A stretch of DNA of 64,000 bases. Source: Paraphysomonas bandaiensis (lineage: Eukaryota; Protista; Chrysophyceae). Location: contig CBFFRP010000219.1 in assembly GCA_965644295.1 (NCBI GenBank), forward strand, positions 62,001 to 126,000, read 5' to 3'. The position numbers and the translations under genes are program-made. Below the pieces are notes generated by a model. It had not been told where the DNA came from. It made no database searches and saw only the letters and a program-made list of their open reading frames with translations. Positions 21,956-34,795 of this stretch are shown here, in pieces. How positions within the stretch are numbered: the stretch's first letter is position 1; every line of letters begins with the position of its first letter.

Positions 21956-22909
21956 ATGTACACGTTTTTGCCATCGCTGCTTATTGTTCAAGCCATTGCC
22001 TGGCTAGCGTCGTATCCACACCATGACAACTACAGCTATTCACTGAACCTCGTCGCCTTTATGTCGATAGGTATACAGATAGCTGCATTCATCCCTGCGT
22101 CCGGATTACTGGGAAATCCACCCACAGAGAAATACTATGATGCCACCGGTGCTGTTACTTATGCGTCTCTTGTGTTTTTGTGCATATATTGCAGAGGAGG
22201 GTGGTCGCTAATGTCTCTTAGACAAAAGATACTCTCTGCCTGTGTACTAATATGGTGCACTCGACTAGGATATTTTTTATATTCCAGGATTCGTCGTCAC
22301 GGTGGGGTTGATTTCAGATTCGCCAAAGTCAAATCAAACTTCAATCGTTTTGCAACATTTTGGGGAGTTCAGGGTGTATGGGTATTTCTGACTGCACTGC
22401 CTGTATATATTGTGAATGACAGTGTCGATAGCGGTCCTAGTTCTCTGACTCCACGTGATTATATGGGCTTAAGTTTGTGGGTATTAGGTTTTCTGATAGA
22501 ATCTATTGCAGACTATCAAAAGATGGTTTTCAGTAGTCGAAAAGAAAATAAATGGACCAAGAAATATATTACTACTGGTCTGTGGTCTGTATCACGACAT
22601 CCCAACTGTACGTAGGATTTATGTCAACCCTGTGATATGTTCATTATCTGTTGTGCAGATTTTGGCGAAATATGTCTATGGATTGGAGTACTAGTGTGTG
22701 CGTCTAGTAGCTTCACACGACCTGGTCACTGGCTTGGTGTCGTTTCTCCAGTGTTCGTAGCCTTTCTTCTGATTTTTGTTTCGGGTATACCCCTGCTGGA
22801 AAAGAGTGCAAACGAAAAATTCAGAGACGACCCTGTGTATCAAGCCTACAAAGCTAGGGTCCCCGTGTTAATTCCATTTGTTGGTCGCAAGGGTGATGCT
22901 GCATTTTAG
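21956..22909 (+). CDS. DUF1295 / steroid 5-alpha-reductase-like membrane protein
   Basis: KYYDATG, DFRF, ADYQK, TGLWSVSRHPN|YFGE (intron 22608-22658), VSGIPLLEK. Confidence 0.9.
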
Positions 22910-23355
22910 ATAAGCCGTGTAGATACTACTATTGCATTGGCTTATGTAGTTAGGGTTATCAACGTAGATTAATGTATATTAGTGATGTTGAATGAGTAGA
23001 TATTGTATGGTTATCTATGATAATTTTTTTACAAATATATTGTTCACGCGCTTATCTCATCCGTCGATTCTCATGTTATTGTTGCATCGCTCAAACGTCA
23101 AACCAGTACTTGCTAATCTTTCCCCTGACTTTAGTACTTAAAGGTACGAGAAATATTCTCAGTTGTGATGAGCCCACTTCCCTAAAAGAACATTGAGTAT
23201 TGGATATGCTAAATACAACCTAATATCATAACAGTAGAACAGTGCTATCACTGGCTTGGACTCTCTAGCAAGCTCAAAGCCAAACTATATTATTTTATAT
23301 TCGGGTGGCAAAGTTTGACACGGTTGTAAAGTAGACTAATAAAAATATCAATACA

Positions 23356-24143
23356 TCAGCTAGAGATTTTCTCCGATCCTGTAGTGCGGGAACTGTGTTT
23401 ACAAAAAAGTAACAATTCACGTCCCCATCCTTCGGAAGTTGCAGTCCACCCTAATTTCATGCCACATTCTTCAACATACATACGAGTACATTCCCCCTCT
23501 ACATCTGTTATTGCTAAGTCCTGGTAGTGCGGAAGAACTTGAATGCCCCGCCTGCGACATCGTTGCATTGCATTCCGATAGGATTTCCATTTTTGCGGTT
23601 CCACCAGTACAGCGCCGGCGCACACTTGGTATAACATCTTCAGAAAAAATAGAAGACCTTCGTCACTATGGTTCATATGAATCCACATGGTAATAGAAAA
23701 TGCACACACTAAAGAGAAAGATACAACTTGGAGAGACTGCAAACACTCATCAACGGCGCCAGGACGCATGCAATCTACAACACAAAAATTCATATCGCAT
23801 TCATCTTTGAATTTTTCCTTAGCTCTCTCGATAAGGACTTCGTCTAAATCTATCCCTACTGCACTGCATGCAACGCCAGGAAGTTGTTCCTTTGCTAGCC
23901 GTAACATTTCGGCGGTCAGGTTACCCTCATTACAACCTACGTCAAGTATACTGAATGTGGAAGGACAATCCATTCTATTCCAAATATCTCTTATAGAATC
24001 TTTCATCATCGCACAAATTCTGCCATCAGATTAGTGCATATTTACTTGAAAATAAAGTGCGAGGAATACCTTCCTTTGGTGTCGTGGAACTGGTAATAGT
24101 TATGGAAATTACCATAGTGATGTCCATGGGAATCATCATCCAT
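23356..24143 (-). CDS. BCDIN3D: BCDIN3D/Bin3-family RNA 5'-phosphate methyltransferase
   Basis: Exon 1 MDDDSHGHHYGNFHNYYQFH, one GT-AG intron, then LDVGCNEGNLT, FSITMWIHMNH and VEPQKWKSY. Confidence 0.85.
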
Positions 24144-24271
24144 CTTCAGTCACAGTGGAGAGGCACACACGATAGATATCTCGAACAGTTTATACTTTAA
24201 CGAACTCCTAAAGTAGGATGAGATAAGGTGGGAGCCGCACCTTGCAGTTATGATTCCTCAGTATGGCAACA

Positions 24272-24273
<2 letters not shown>

Positions 24274-24303
<30 letters not shown>
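24274..24303. repeat. (AT)n microsatellite
   Basis: About 15 AT units. Confidence 0.95.
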
Positions 24304-24308
<5 letters not shown>

Positions 24309-24581
24309 TCTCGAGCTACATGGCTGTACTGTGACTGGACAGTGAGAACATCAAACAAACGGGCTGCACAGACATATTGCCGCCATACAGCCGTATAAAA
24401 TAAAGTGCCAGTATTAGTGAATAAAACTGGCAGTTTTCCAAATTTTTCGGGTTTAAATGAAATAAGCTTTTCCAAAAAACACCCCGCTGAGATTGCTCCT
24501 TGCTCCTACAGACAGTGATGACTGTGAGTTCGCTTCCAGGTAGAATTATCCGCATATATAGAGGCTGTCGCATATATCCAC

Positions 24582-26825
24582 ATGCTCCGACAAATCGATT
24601 CTGGTCCAGGCCTAATGGCCGCCTCCACTTTTCTCTGCATGGCAGCTCATCCCGGCTCAACAGTTCGTCGAGCAGTAATGCGTTGGACGGGAGCGATCCG
24701 TAGCATCAGCATAACAGACCACTGGGAGAGAAGAGATGAAGAGAACGCTTTTATGGAGGAAGTACACGGGGAGGTCGCCATGGATTGGGTGCGTAAGAGG
24801 AACGAGAGGTGCATTGGTGCTCTTGGGAGCCCTCTGGAGACACCCCTCTATAGGCAGGTGCTGTCCATTCTAGACAGCAAGGATAAAATCCCACATGTTC
24901 GAAAGATTGGGGATAGACTGTATAATTTCTGGCAGGATGAACATCATCAACGGGGAATTTGGCGACGCACTACTTTCGATTCCTTTAAGTCTCCCAATCC
25001 CTCCTGGGAAGTGGTGCTTGATATCGACCAGTTGGGGAAGGATGAATCAGAATCCTGGGTGTATAAAGGCCATACTTTGTTGGATTTAACCCTAGGGGAG
25101 GCACCGACTCGGACACTCATGCACCTTTCTCGCGGTGGATCAGATGCAGTTGTAGTGCGCGAATTCGATCTGATGTCGAAACGATTCGTGCCTCCCGAGG
25201 AAGGTGGATTCACTCTATCTGAAGCAAAACTCCGCGTTTCATGGCTTTCTAATGATGAACTGCTAGTTGGTACTGATTTTAGCGGGGATGGAAGCAGTAT
25301 GACGGACTCAGGATACCCTCGTGTAGTGAAGGTCTGGAAGCGAGGCACTGACCTTGCCTCTGCAGTGCAAACTTTCGAAGGAGAAAAGAGTGATGTTAGT
25401 GTGTCCGACTACTTGTGTATGCACGGTGGACATATATTCGAATGGAGATGCCGGTCGTTGACATTTTATACCTCAAAATATTCGGTTAGGAAAGGAGACC
25501 AAAACGTGTGGTACGACTTATCCGATCTCCAAGAGGATGCTGAAGTTAGCCAATACCTTGGCCAGATGCTCATATCCCTTCGGTCTGATTGGAACGTTGC
25601 TGCGGGAGTTACGTATAAGGCTGGCTCCCTTCTTGCTGTCGATATTATGGACTTTGTGAGGAAAGGTTTAGATTCTTCAATGACGGTACTGTTTGAGCCC
25701 ACTGATAAAATGAGTTTGGACTCGTTTACTTCCCTAAAAAGCCGCGTGGTACTCCATCTACTCGACAATGTGAAGAGCCGCTTAACATTCTGGCAGTATT
25801 CCGAGCACGAGGGATGGATATACGAGGGAGGTGAGGAGCAGGGTTGTATACGGGCTGCTCACTTATCGGCCTATGACTCTGACACATCTGATTTGTACTG
25901 GCTGACTACCTCTTCTTTTATCCAGCCCTCGCAGTTGTGCTTGGCTGATGCAGCAGAAGCGTCGGGAGGCATTCAGAATGCATTGTCGAACCCAATAAAA
26001 TCCCTGCCTGCACAATTCGATTCCTCGGAACTTGAAGAGCTGCAGCAAGAAGCAATATCTGCGGATGGTACGTCCATTCCTTACTTCATCATCAAAAACC
26101 GAAATGCGGTCTGTGACGGTAAAAATCGAACACTTCTCTATGGCTATGGAGGGTTTGAAATCAGTCTGCTTCCATCGTACGCCGCTGTAACGGGAGCTGC
26201 ATGGCTAAGTGCTGGTAATGTATATGTTTTTGCAAATATCAGAGGGGGTGGAGAGTTTGGACCGTCGTGGCATCAGGCCGCTCTACGTGAGAATAGACAC
26301 AAGGCGTACGACGATTTCATTGCCGTTGCCGAGCACTTGATATCTACCGGGGTTACTACCTCGAAGCGGCTAGCTATTCAAGGGGGAAGTAATGGAGGTC
26401 TTTTAATGGGTAACATGATTACGCGGCGTCCCGATTTATTTGGAGCGGTGATATGCCAAGTGCCGTTGCTTGATATGAAAAGATACTCCTCCCTACTCGC
26501 AGGAGCATCATGGATGGCAGAGTATGGGGACCCTTCCAAGGCTGATGATTGGGAATTTTTGAAACATTACAGCGCATATCACAACATCGACTACGTGAAT
26601 GCCGCACAGACATATCCTCCTCTTCTCATGATGACTAGCACTCGGGACGATCGTGTTCACCCTTACCACGCCAGGAGTTTTGTAAAGAGACTAATTGATG
26701 TCGGATGTAAAAATGTGTTTTATTATGAAAATATCGAAGGGGGACATGGTGGAGCTGCTGATGCTAAGCAACGAAGCTATATGATATGCCTGTATATAAT
26801 GTTTCTAAATAAAACATTGGCTTAG
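24582..26825 (+). CDS. Prolyl oligopeptidase (S9A), possibly with an organellar presequence
   Basis: LYGYGGF, NIRGGGEFG, catalytic GGSNGG, DDRV and GGH. Intronless. Confidence 0.95.
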   Translation: MLRQIDSGPGLMAASTFLCMAAHPGSTVRRAVMRWTGAIRSISITDHWERRDEENAFMEEVHGEVAMDWVRKRNERCIGALGSPLETPLYRQVLSILDSKDKIPHVRKIGDRLYNFWQDEHHQRGIWRRTTFDSFKSPNPSWEVVLDIDQLGKDESESWVYKGHTLLDLTLGEAPTRTLMHLSRGGSDAVVVREFDLMSKRFVPPEEGGFTLSEAKLRVSWLSNDELLVGTDFSGDGSSMTDSGYPRVVKVWKRGTDLASAVQTFEGEKSDVSVSDYLCMHGGHIFEWRCRSLTFYTSKYSVRKGDQNVWYDLSDLQEDAEVSQYLGQMLISLRSDWNVAAGVTYKAGSLLAVDIMDFVRKGLDSSMTVLFEPTDKMSLDSFTSLKSRVVLHLLDNVKSRLTFWQYSEHEGWIYEGGEEQGCIRAAHLSAYDSDTSDLYWLTTSSFIQPSQLCLADAAEASGGIQNALSNPIKSLPAQFDSSELEELQQEAISADGTSIPYFIIKNRNAVCDGKNRTLLYGYGGFEISLLPSYAAVTGAAWLSAGNVYVFANIRGGGEFGPSWHQAALRENRHKAYDDFIAVAEHLISTGVTTSKRLAIQGGSNGGLLMGNMITRRPDLFGAVICQVPLLDMKRYSSLLAGASWMAEYGDPSKADDWEFLKHYSAYHNIDYVNAAQTYPPLLMMTSTRDDRVHPYHARSFVKRLIDVGCKNVFYYENIEGGHGGAADAKQRSYMICLYIMFLNKTLA

Positions 26826-27138
26826 GTCTAACGTAGTAATAGCGTATGCACAATAAGTGTCCAATAAACAATATGCATTTATACTACTCTCTCCTTTCAG
26901 TTGGTATCTAATAACACCAAAAAAATTAAGACGATAACATTTTAAATTTTTTGACTTTGTCATACTTCAAATTATACCTGGATATTTCACTATATTACTA
27001 GAGATACGTGAATTGGAAAAATGAAAAATGATTCCCATGTGTTACTTCGCATGTTCTAAGACGTTAGTTTCTAAATTTTGAGATATTTTTAACATATCCA
27101 TTCCAATAGGGCCTGAAAACCACTAATGGGCCTTTAAG

Positions 27139-27604
27139 AAGTACTGGAGAGATTCTCTCTGGGAAACTAACGTGAGCCGCAAACATAGTCAGCAGATATT
27201 CTTCTGCCCACTCATAGCCGAATGCTTGTGTGGAACAAGGGACACCAATAAGTGTCACTTGTGTAGACATCTTTGGACCCTGACGAATAAACAGGCATCC
27301 GGAAATGGGCCCACCGCAAGGGCATCCCCGGGACAGGGCCCACCTGAAGGGTAACCGGGGTATTGGGCTGCCTGCTGAAGTCAAGCATCCGGGATGTTCA
27401 CCTTAAGAACTCAGAGCGGAAGTGGTCGCACCTTGGTGCTTGCGGCGACGCACAAGCAACTTCCGTAGCGTTAAACAGTAGGATAAAAAAAGTGTGTACT
27501 GATTAGTTACAGGTAGAGGTCTAACTAGTTTGTCTAGCATTCAACTAGCTACTAAGTTGGTGCAGGTTTTTAACGCCTATTGCTAATAATAAGACTTTCA
27601 ATAT
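27139..27604 (+). mobile_element. 5'-truncated non-LTR retroelement copy (long-body type)
   Basis: High identity to 12248-12710. Ends ttttaacgcctattgctaataataagactttcaatat. Confidence 0.8.
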
Positions 27605-27689
27605 TAATGGCTACAAAGAATTAAGTGTTCTCAAGATACAGTATTCCTCTATTCTCCTAAAAAATCTGGACAACTTTCACGCAGCCAGG

Positions 27690-28164
27690 CTGTGTCCTGA
27701 AAAAGTCGGACTCGTACCTTTTTCTGATGTTCTGGGGGATAAGTATAAGTACCGGAGAGATTTCTCCGGGAAGCTAAGGTCACCCGCATATATAGTCAGC
27801 AGATATTCTTCTGCCTACTCATAGCCGAATACTTGTGTGATACAAGGTACAAGGGACACCAATAAGTGTCACTTGTGTAGACATCTTTGGACCCTGACGA
27901 ATAAACAGGCATCCGGAAATGGGCCCACCTCAAGGGCATCTGGAGTACTGGGCAACTTGCTGAAGTCAGGCATCCGAGCTGTTCACCTTAATAACAGTGA
28001 GCGAAAGTGGTTGCACCTTGGTGCTTGTGATGACAGACAAGCAGCTTTCGTAGCGCAAAATATTTTGGTCATCAGATATCAGTGTTAAGCATTAGTTATT
28101 TAATTGTTTTGCTACATTAGATCTGAGTCTTAAACGCCTACTGCTAATAATGAGACATTTACTA
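27690..28164 (+). mobile_element. Retroelement copy (long body, variant tail B)
   Basis: Body homologous to 27139-27480. The distal tail (tatcagtgttaagc...ctacattagatctgagtcttaaacgcc) is shared with the 32513 and 42345 copies. Confidence 0.75.
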
Positions 28165-28599
28165 GCCAACATGAACGCAATCCACGAGTACGATTTCATA
28201 TCGATTAGTATGGTCTAAATATCTTGAGCAATGTGCTATACAGTATAATAAATGCTGGCGTGGTTGTTATAATGGTTCCAACTAGGTGATGTCTTAAAAT
28301 GCATTTTATATGAAAGGAATCTGCTCTCTCGCTCCTTGATACATTGAACTCAGCAATAAAACCATATCTCATGCACCCCTTCCATCAAAAATAAATGTAG
28401 ATATAAGCTACCCACAATACAATACAAATGGCGGCACCGCAGCTACAGCTCTCTATCACATCGATTCTTTATTATTATATCTACGTGCAATACCCTCGTT
28501 AACGTGGTACCTTACAGGCCAGTCACAGGAAGGAACGATATCCAAAAATTGATCATCAAATACACACCAAGTTTCTCGCCGAACACCAGTCGTAGCGTC

Positions 28600-29511
28600 T
28601 TATTTCTAAAAACAAGTTATTACAGTGGTATTAAAATATACACAAAGGTTTGTACCTTATTCTGATCCACCATGTAGGCTATAATACCCGCAATAATTCC
28701 AAGGATAACGAGGATGACACCGCCCACGATTAGTTTCATCTGAAAGTGCAGTTAGAATAAAATGTAATCCACTTGAACGTTACTACCTTGAGATTCTTCC
28801 ACCACATGCGCTTTTTCAGCTCATGAGCATTGCGCTTAAAAACACCAGCTTGCTGCTGAAGCTCCTCTGTTAAAAAACACACAACATTTATTAAAAATCA
28901 AATGTATGAAGATTGTTCACACTCTACCGGCGGCTTTCTCGATACTCTCGAGTTTAACACAGTTTTGTAGGGCCATGTCAACGTTATCTTGCATCACAAG
29001 CTTGACACTTTCAACCTTTAATGAGACCGATGCCAGTTTATCAATCTCATTCAGGTTATCGTATTTTTGGCAAATCTTTTGCAGCAGGCTTCCGCAAGCC
29101 TTATCTAGCGACCTGTCCTTGGCAGTGCGGGCCTTGTCCCCGGCCTTTGCAACAAACTGCTCATCCAAACAAATAATGTGATTACTTCTCGTAAGTTATA
29201 AATAAGATCATTACCGTTCTCTGTAGTTCCTCGAGACATGTGTGGGCACATCGCTGGGGATAAGAGGTCTTGCATATGAGAATATATATCAGCCCCATAT
29301 CATCAGCAATTAAATGCCACGCAAGCTGGGCCACATTAAAGCTATAGTGTTTGCCAGGTGCCATGCTCATGTTGGGCTGCTCCAAGACCTGACGAACTCC
29401 ATTGAGATCAGTCTCAGTGTTGTACGAGTGAGAGGCTATCACGATCCCTGTCCCTGCGATTCTAGCAACACCAAGAAAATGAACATTTCCGTAATACTGT
29501 GGAGCTGCCAT
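28600..29511 (-). CDS. Longin-domain R-SNARE (VAMP7-like)
   Basis: Longin N-terminus; SNARE VESVKLVMQDNVDMALQNCVKLESIEKAA|EELQQQAGVFKRNAHELKKRMWWKNLK; C-terminal TM helix; four GT-AG introns. Confidence 0.9.
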
Positions 29512-30023
29512 TATCCTGTCGATGACAATTGTCTAGTATGAGTCACCGTTGCTTCGGCCTTGTCACATATATACCCCATCCACACTACATACCATACTGC
29601 CGTACATGCACACAGACACTACACACATACACACACCTGACCCATACATACCATACGGATCGCCCTATCATGGTATCTACTTTCATACATATTCAGTTCG
29701 TATACTGCTGTAGGGAACAACACAGTACATATCTTGAACAGTCACCTGAAAATCTAATCTGTGTATGATGCAGGGTATTATGATATACACATCTGTATCC
29801 ATATTTGAAATACTGCGTATCTTGAAAAGTCACATGAATATAATCCTCATCATCACCAGGCAACGCAGAATGAAATAAAGAGACGTTGAAAGAAGGGTAT
29901 GCATCAGTTGGATAGAGCTGCAATGTTACATGCAGCACAGAGCAATAGAGAGCAAGCTAACTTATCAAATTGCAGAACATTAGAGCCCATCCATAGACAA
30001 GCATACGAATACATATTGTCATA

Positions 30024-32159
30024 ATGGAACGAAGCTCATTGCTTGCATTTGGAGGATTTAATGCTCCTGAAACGAAGACTCTGAAGCGAGTGTCGTCGTT
30101 ACCACTAACAGATATCACAAACAATCAGACAGCAGCAGGGTTGGAGACCCCTCGTAACTCCAACATCACTCATGATATGGCCGAATCTTCAGTTGAAGAT
30201 GTTCCTTCAGCACCTTTAAAGCATTCCACTGATTTGAAACAGAAATCTGGTAAAACTCGCGGGAAAAGACTGCAGTTCGAAGATGAGAACTCACTGCAGC
30301 ATATACCAAACAAAAGGGAGCAACAACAACAACAACAGTTGTCATGCACCCGAAACGATAAAAGCAAGAACTTGAATCGGGATAAAAATGATGTTCCACC
30401 ACCTCCGAATGAGACAGGCCCAAAACCATACCGCTCCAGGAAGAAGATGGACAGTGCAAGTCACTCTCCAGCATGGGGCCCATCTAAGGTGTTCGACAAT
30501 GCAACGGTATGTTATGATATTGCTTTATGTATTTCATGTATTTTTCATATATTCTTGTAGACCCCACAAAAGAAAATCCCAGTTCTTTATGGAGCTAATG
30601 TAACAGTCGACTCCCCAGATCCCATGAGCAAATATAACCCAGCGAATTCCACCGATACTAAAAGCATGATTGCTCCCACCGCATTGTCTCGTATATTGAG
30701 CGACTGTAAAGCAGCTGTCGCTTCACCTGATAGCGTAGTGGACGATATATACGACTTCACTCCAAGTAGTCATCGAGGCCCGACTATATCTGAAGTGCTT
30801 GGTTCGAATGCACAGGACGACAAAACGACTATAATATATCCAAAAACATCTGATATGGATGAGGAGGATGAAGAGCAACTTACCAGTCGTATTCGTTCGA
30901 TGAGATTACAAAGGGCTTCTTCTCAAAAAAATACACTGAGCCGAAGCGATGAAAATCAAAACCCATCGAAACTAGTTCGCACTGGAGCGGGGAGTGTACT
31001 AGCACCTTGCAAAAGTGCTTCTTCACTCCCTGCGCCTTCTCGATCATTAGATTCACTTTCACCTATTCAAGTAACAAGTTCGTTATCAGAATCGTCCAGT
31101 GGTGAGTTACTGGCGAAGCGCCCTACCCCACCACCAGGTGCACCAACAAACCTACGCAGATCTTTAGTTGTTCGTCCTGGCCCCCTACCCCCATCAACCT
31201 CTCCCAGTGAATCATCTATAGGAAATCCATCTACCCCTACTGGGAGGTTCAATAGATCTAATGGACGAAAATATACTAAATCAACTGTAGCTGAAAATGA
31301 TGATGAGTGCTCATCACCAATTAGCCAGGTCCACGGGGACCTTATTCACGAAAGTACAAGCTGTGGTCCACAGTCTCCTGTAAATTCAGGCTTTTCAGAA
31401 CACTGCTCTGTTACAAATGTAGAAAGAAATAAACAAATTGAGCCTGAAAATTCTGCGAACACGTCAATATCTACTGAGCCTCATCCTCGTTCGTCCCAGG
31501 TGTCTGTATCAGGGTGTTCACGCCGGCTTATTTCATCTCTACTCGCTCGCGCTGCAACGAAACGAAAAAGACGTAGTAAGTACTCTATCGCATTTACACC
31601 AAAGCTAGAGTGTATTCCCGAGGAAGGTGATGTTGAGTTGTCGTTCCCAGAGTGGGTGCAAGTGTGTCCTGCACCATCTCGATCATGTGCCACTGAGCAG
31701 AGTACGTGCCGAAGCATAGCTCCTGAGATGGAAGAATACATTAGATGGATTCTTTCTCAAGGGGAGTGTGACGCTGTTTGTGATCAGGATACTGAGTGCT
31801 TTGAGAACTCACGCATGAAAGATGTTGCTGCGCTCTTTCAAGCGCTACGAGATCATGATGGCTCCAAATTTAAGCAAATGATTGAGAGTGATGAAACACT
31901 TGTCTATTGTAGAGACTTAAATGGTAACACTCCTTTAATGATTGCTACATTGTTGGGTTGGAGAAAAGCGATTAAAATGTTAATCAAGAATGGGGGAGAT
32001 GTAAATGCACAAAATAGATTTGGAAACACGAGTCTGCATTTCGCAACTGCAATGGACGGAACAGGGGATATCCAGCGGTACTTAGTGAAGAAAAATGCTC
32101 TCACCACCATTAGAAATGAAAGGGGTAGATGCAGTGATTTCAACAGTCAAAGCTGTTAA
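30024..32159 (+). CDS. Large disordered protein with C-terminal ankyrin repeats
   Basis: GNTPLMIA...GGDVNAQNRFGNTSLHFA. Intron 30507-30560 joins the two ORFs in frame. Confidence 0.85.
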
Positions 32160-32512
32160 ACTATTGACTTCTAATACATATTATCGAATCTTAATATGAT
32201 TGTGTGTTTATGATACATATATCACTCGTGTGCTTGTGTCCTCTCGTCTAAATAACAAGTTGTGTTCTTCAAATACTTACAATACAATTGATTATCTTAT
32301 GATGTCAGCTGACTCTACGCGACCATAGCGACTACAGATGACGTCCCGACAGAATACGGACTTGGAAGTAATCGATACTCCAACAGGTTTTCCTAGAAGC
32401 CAGAAAATCCGAGAACTTAGTTATTTTAAGACACGAATGCTGGAAAAGAGTTCATTAAATATCATATTTGTTAGCTAGATAATACACAGTCGATCGATTT
32501 CTGCATAACAGG

Positions 32513-32780
32513 TAGTCTGTGTCTGATTATTAGAGTTATTAGCAATCGGAGGGTAAGAGTCAGAACTAATGTAGAAAAACAATTTAACTATCTAGCGCTC
32601 AACTCTGATATCTGATAACCATATATTTTCCACTACGAAAGCTGCTTGTGCGTCACCACAAGCACCAAAGTGCAACCACTTTCCTTTCTGTCCTTAAGGT
32701 GCTTGACTTTGGTAGGCAGCCCACCAATACCCCGGATGCCTTGAGGTGGGCCCATTCTCGGATGCTTGACTTCTTGACTT
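32513..32780 (-). mobile_element. Retroelement fragment (tail B), reverse orientation
   Basis: Reverse complement contains atgggcccacctcaagg...gcactttggtgcttgtggtgacgcacaagcagctttcgtag. Confidence 0.7.
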
Positions 32781-32803
32781 CTGCATTCTGCAGGCATGGT
32801 GTG

Positions 32804-32950
32804 TGAAAGTCTTATTATAAGCAATAGGCTTCAAGAATCTGCACTAGATAAGTAGCTAGATGAAAAAAGAAACATCCGGTGACTTCTAGGTTTTGAGTTC
32901 TTAAGATGAACAGACCGGGTGCTTGACTTCAGCAGGCAGCCCAATACACC
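32804..32950 (-). mobile_element. Internally deleted retroelement fragment, reverse orientation
   Basis: Reverse complement contains tattgggctgcctgctgaagtcaagc...gcctattgcttataataagactttca. Confidence 0.7.
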
Positions 32951-33323
32951 TGATTGAATACCAAAATTGACTAGGTTGCGTCATTTATTACTTTGACAAG
33001 GTTATTCCACCAAATATAGTGTGACTAGGTTCTCCAACCATGTAGAGATTATGAATTTAGAGAATGACAGTGAATAATAAGAATAAGATATGTTAATTAT
33101 AACTTTACTAATTGATTGAGTGCGTTTATCGTTCAGTTACATAAGTTTTAACCATAATGTCAAATCTTGATACAACGTTTATTACACTAGTATCATAAAA
33201 GGTGTCTCTGGAATGGGAGATATGTTGCAATAGAAATAAACTATACAAAACGAATCATACTTCCTGTAATAAGTAATAAACACAATCAATATGGTTCCAT
33301 CACTGATGTTACAGCAAAGGTTA

Positions 33324-34795
33324 TTATACTCTAATCCCACTCTCTAACTGCTGGGAGACACTTGTGACACTGATTTCATAGTACTTGACTCCTGGAGCAA
33401 GGTGATACGGAGAATTGTCCTTTGTTGCAACCCTCTCCTCCTTAAGGACAATCTTTCCGAGTACATAAATCTTGCGGAAGTGTTTGTCATGACCTGCACA
33501 TATGTATTACGACGATATCATATTAAAACTCATATCCATGAAAACATAATCCAACATAAAACTCCCATGTGATATATAAATGGAACCTTATACACATACC
33601 AATGAGTGCCTTTGATTCCGCTGAGAGGTAGTGATGGGGTGCACCCACATTAAAGGCAAGGAAGTCCCCCCTAGGAGTTGGAAAAAAGAGAGCCAGGTCA
33701 TTTTCTTGAAAGCAGCAAAGGCTGATTTTAGGAGTGGGAGCGGCGCCAAAAGCCAAGGATAAAAAGCTATGTAACTTCGAAATAATAGGAATGAATTCAT
33801 TTTCCAGTTCCACAAGTCCACACATAGCCTGTTCTAATCCCACAGAAATGGGAGTGCTGGGCTGCGCAGGGCTAGTGGAAGAATCATCCGAAACGTCAGG
33901 ACGTAAAATAGGTGGTCGTTCCCCTTCCTCTTCCAGCAAACGACAAAACCTCGCTTCAGACGTGAGGTTATGGAGACGATGGGTGAGAGATGATAACGAC
34001 GAAGCGACAGCGGTAATATCAATACCCGCATTGTTCTGTGGAGACTGTGACAACGTTTTTTCCATGCACCTATCACGCCATTCGTCTCTCTCCTTTCTTA
34101 AGACCTCTATCTCTTTCTCAAGGGCACAACACCTCGTACGATATGACTCCTTTTCTTCATCTATTTTATGGGTGAGTTCAGGTAGCTCTTGCTGTAGCTG
34201 TTCCCTGAGCATATCCAGATACGGGTTTTGCACTGAGGAGTGTGAATTCGACACAAAAGATGAATACAGTGAGCTCAGGCCCGAGGAAGAGATTTCAGCG
34301 TTATGCGCGCAATCTCTGTCAATAGGATATAGATGAGCAGACTCACCACTTGAGTGTAGCGTTTCGCTGGAAATGGTTTGTTCATACGGGGTTTCGTCCT
34401 CGAGGGGAAGAGGAGCATCTTCACTTTCCGTCCCTTGTTCGGTAGACACTTGTTCATTCTCTCTAGAGCAGTCGATTTCTAGAAGTGAGCGCCCAAGCTC
34501 CTGTTAACAAATACATGACTCCAAGTTCAGTGTGTGTGGAGATCATACCATGTCAGTCAGCCCAGCCACCGCTGACTCGAACTCCTCCTCTTGATCAATA
34601 ATTGTCCAGTCTTGATCAAGCTGTGACTGTTATACACCGCATTATGTACTCGATCAGATCATGCTCTATTCATATGACGGTACATACACACTCATGTACA
34701 TGAACACATGCTACACTCACATTATTTCTGCTGGAGTCACTAGAACAATCGCCGCTATCCCCATGCTGTGAATCCATAGCTGCATCCATCTCCAT
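33324..34795 (-). CDS. Short ATG11/FIP200-like protein (coiled coil + C-terminal claw domain)
   Basis: KISLCCFQENDLALFFP...AFNVGAPHHYL...YVLGKIV...SPYHLAPGVKYYEISV matches the ATG11 C-terminal domain. Four exons joined by GT-AG introns. Confidence 0.75.

Noticed and set aside
27121-27620. TSDs for the 27139, 27690, 32513 and 42345 copies
   Set aside because: Only weak partial matches (for example taatgg...aagaa), so none are claimed.
27064-28088. ORFs 27064-27384, 27172-27354 and 27837-28088 (also 32633-32824 and 42270-42722) as genes
   Set aside because: They lie within retroelement copies and their frames are not preserved between copies.
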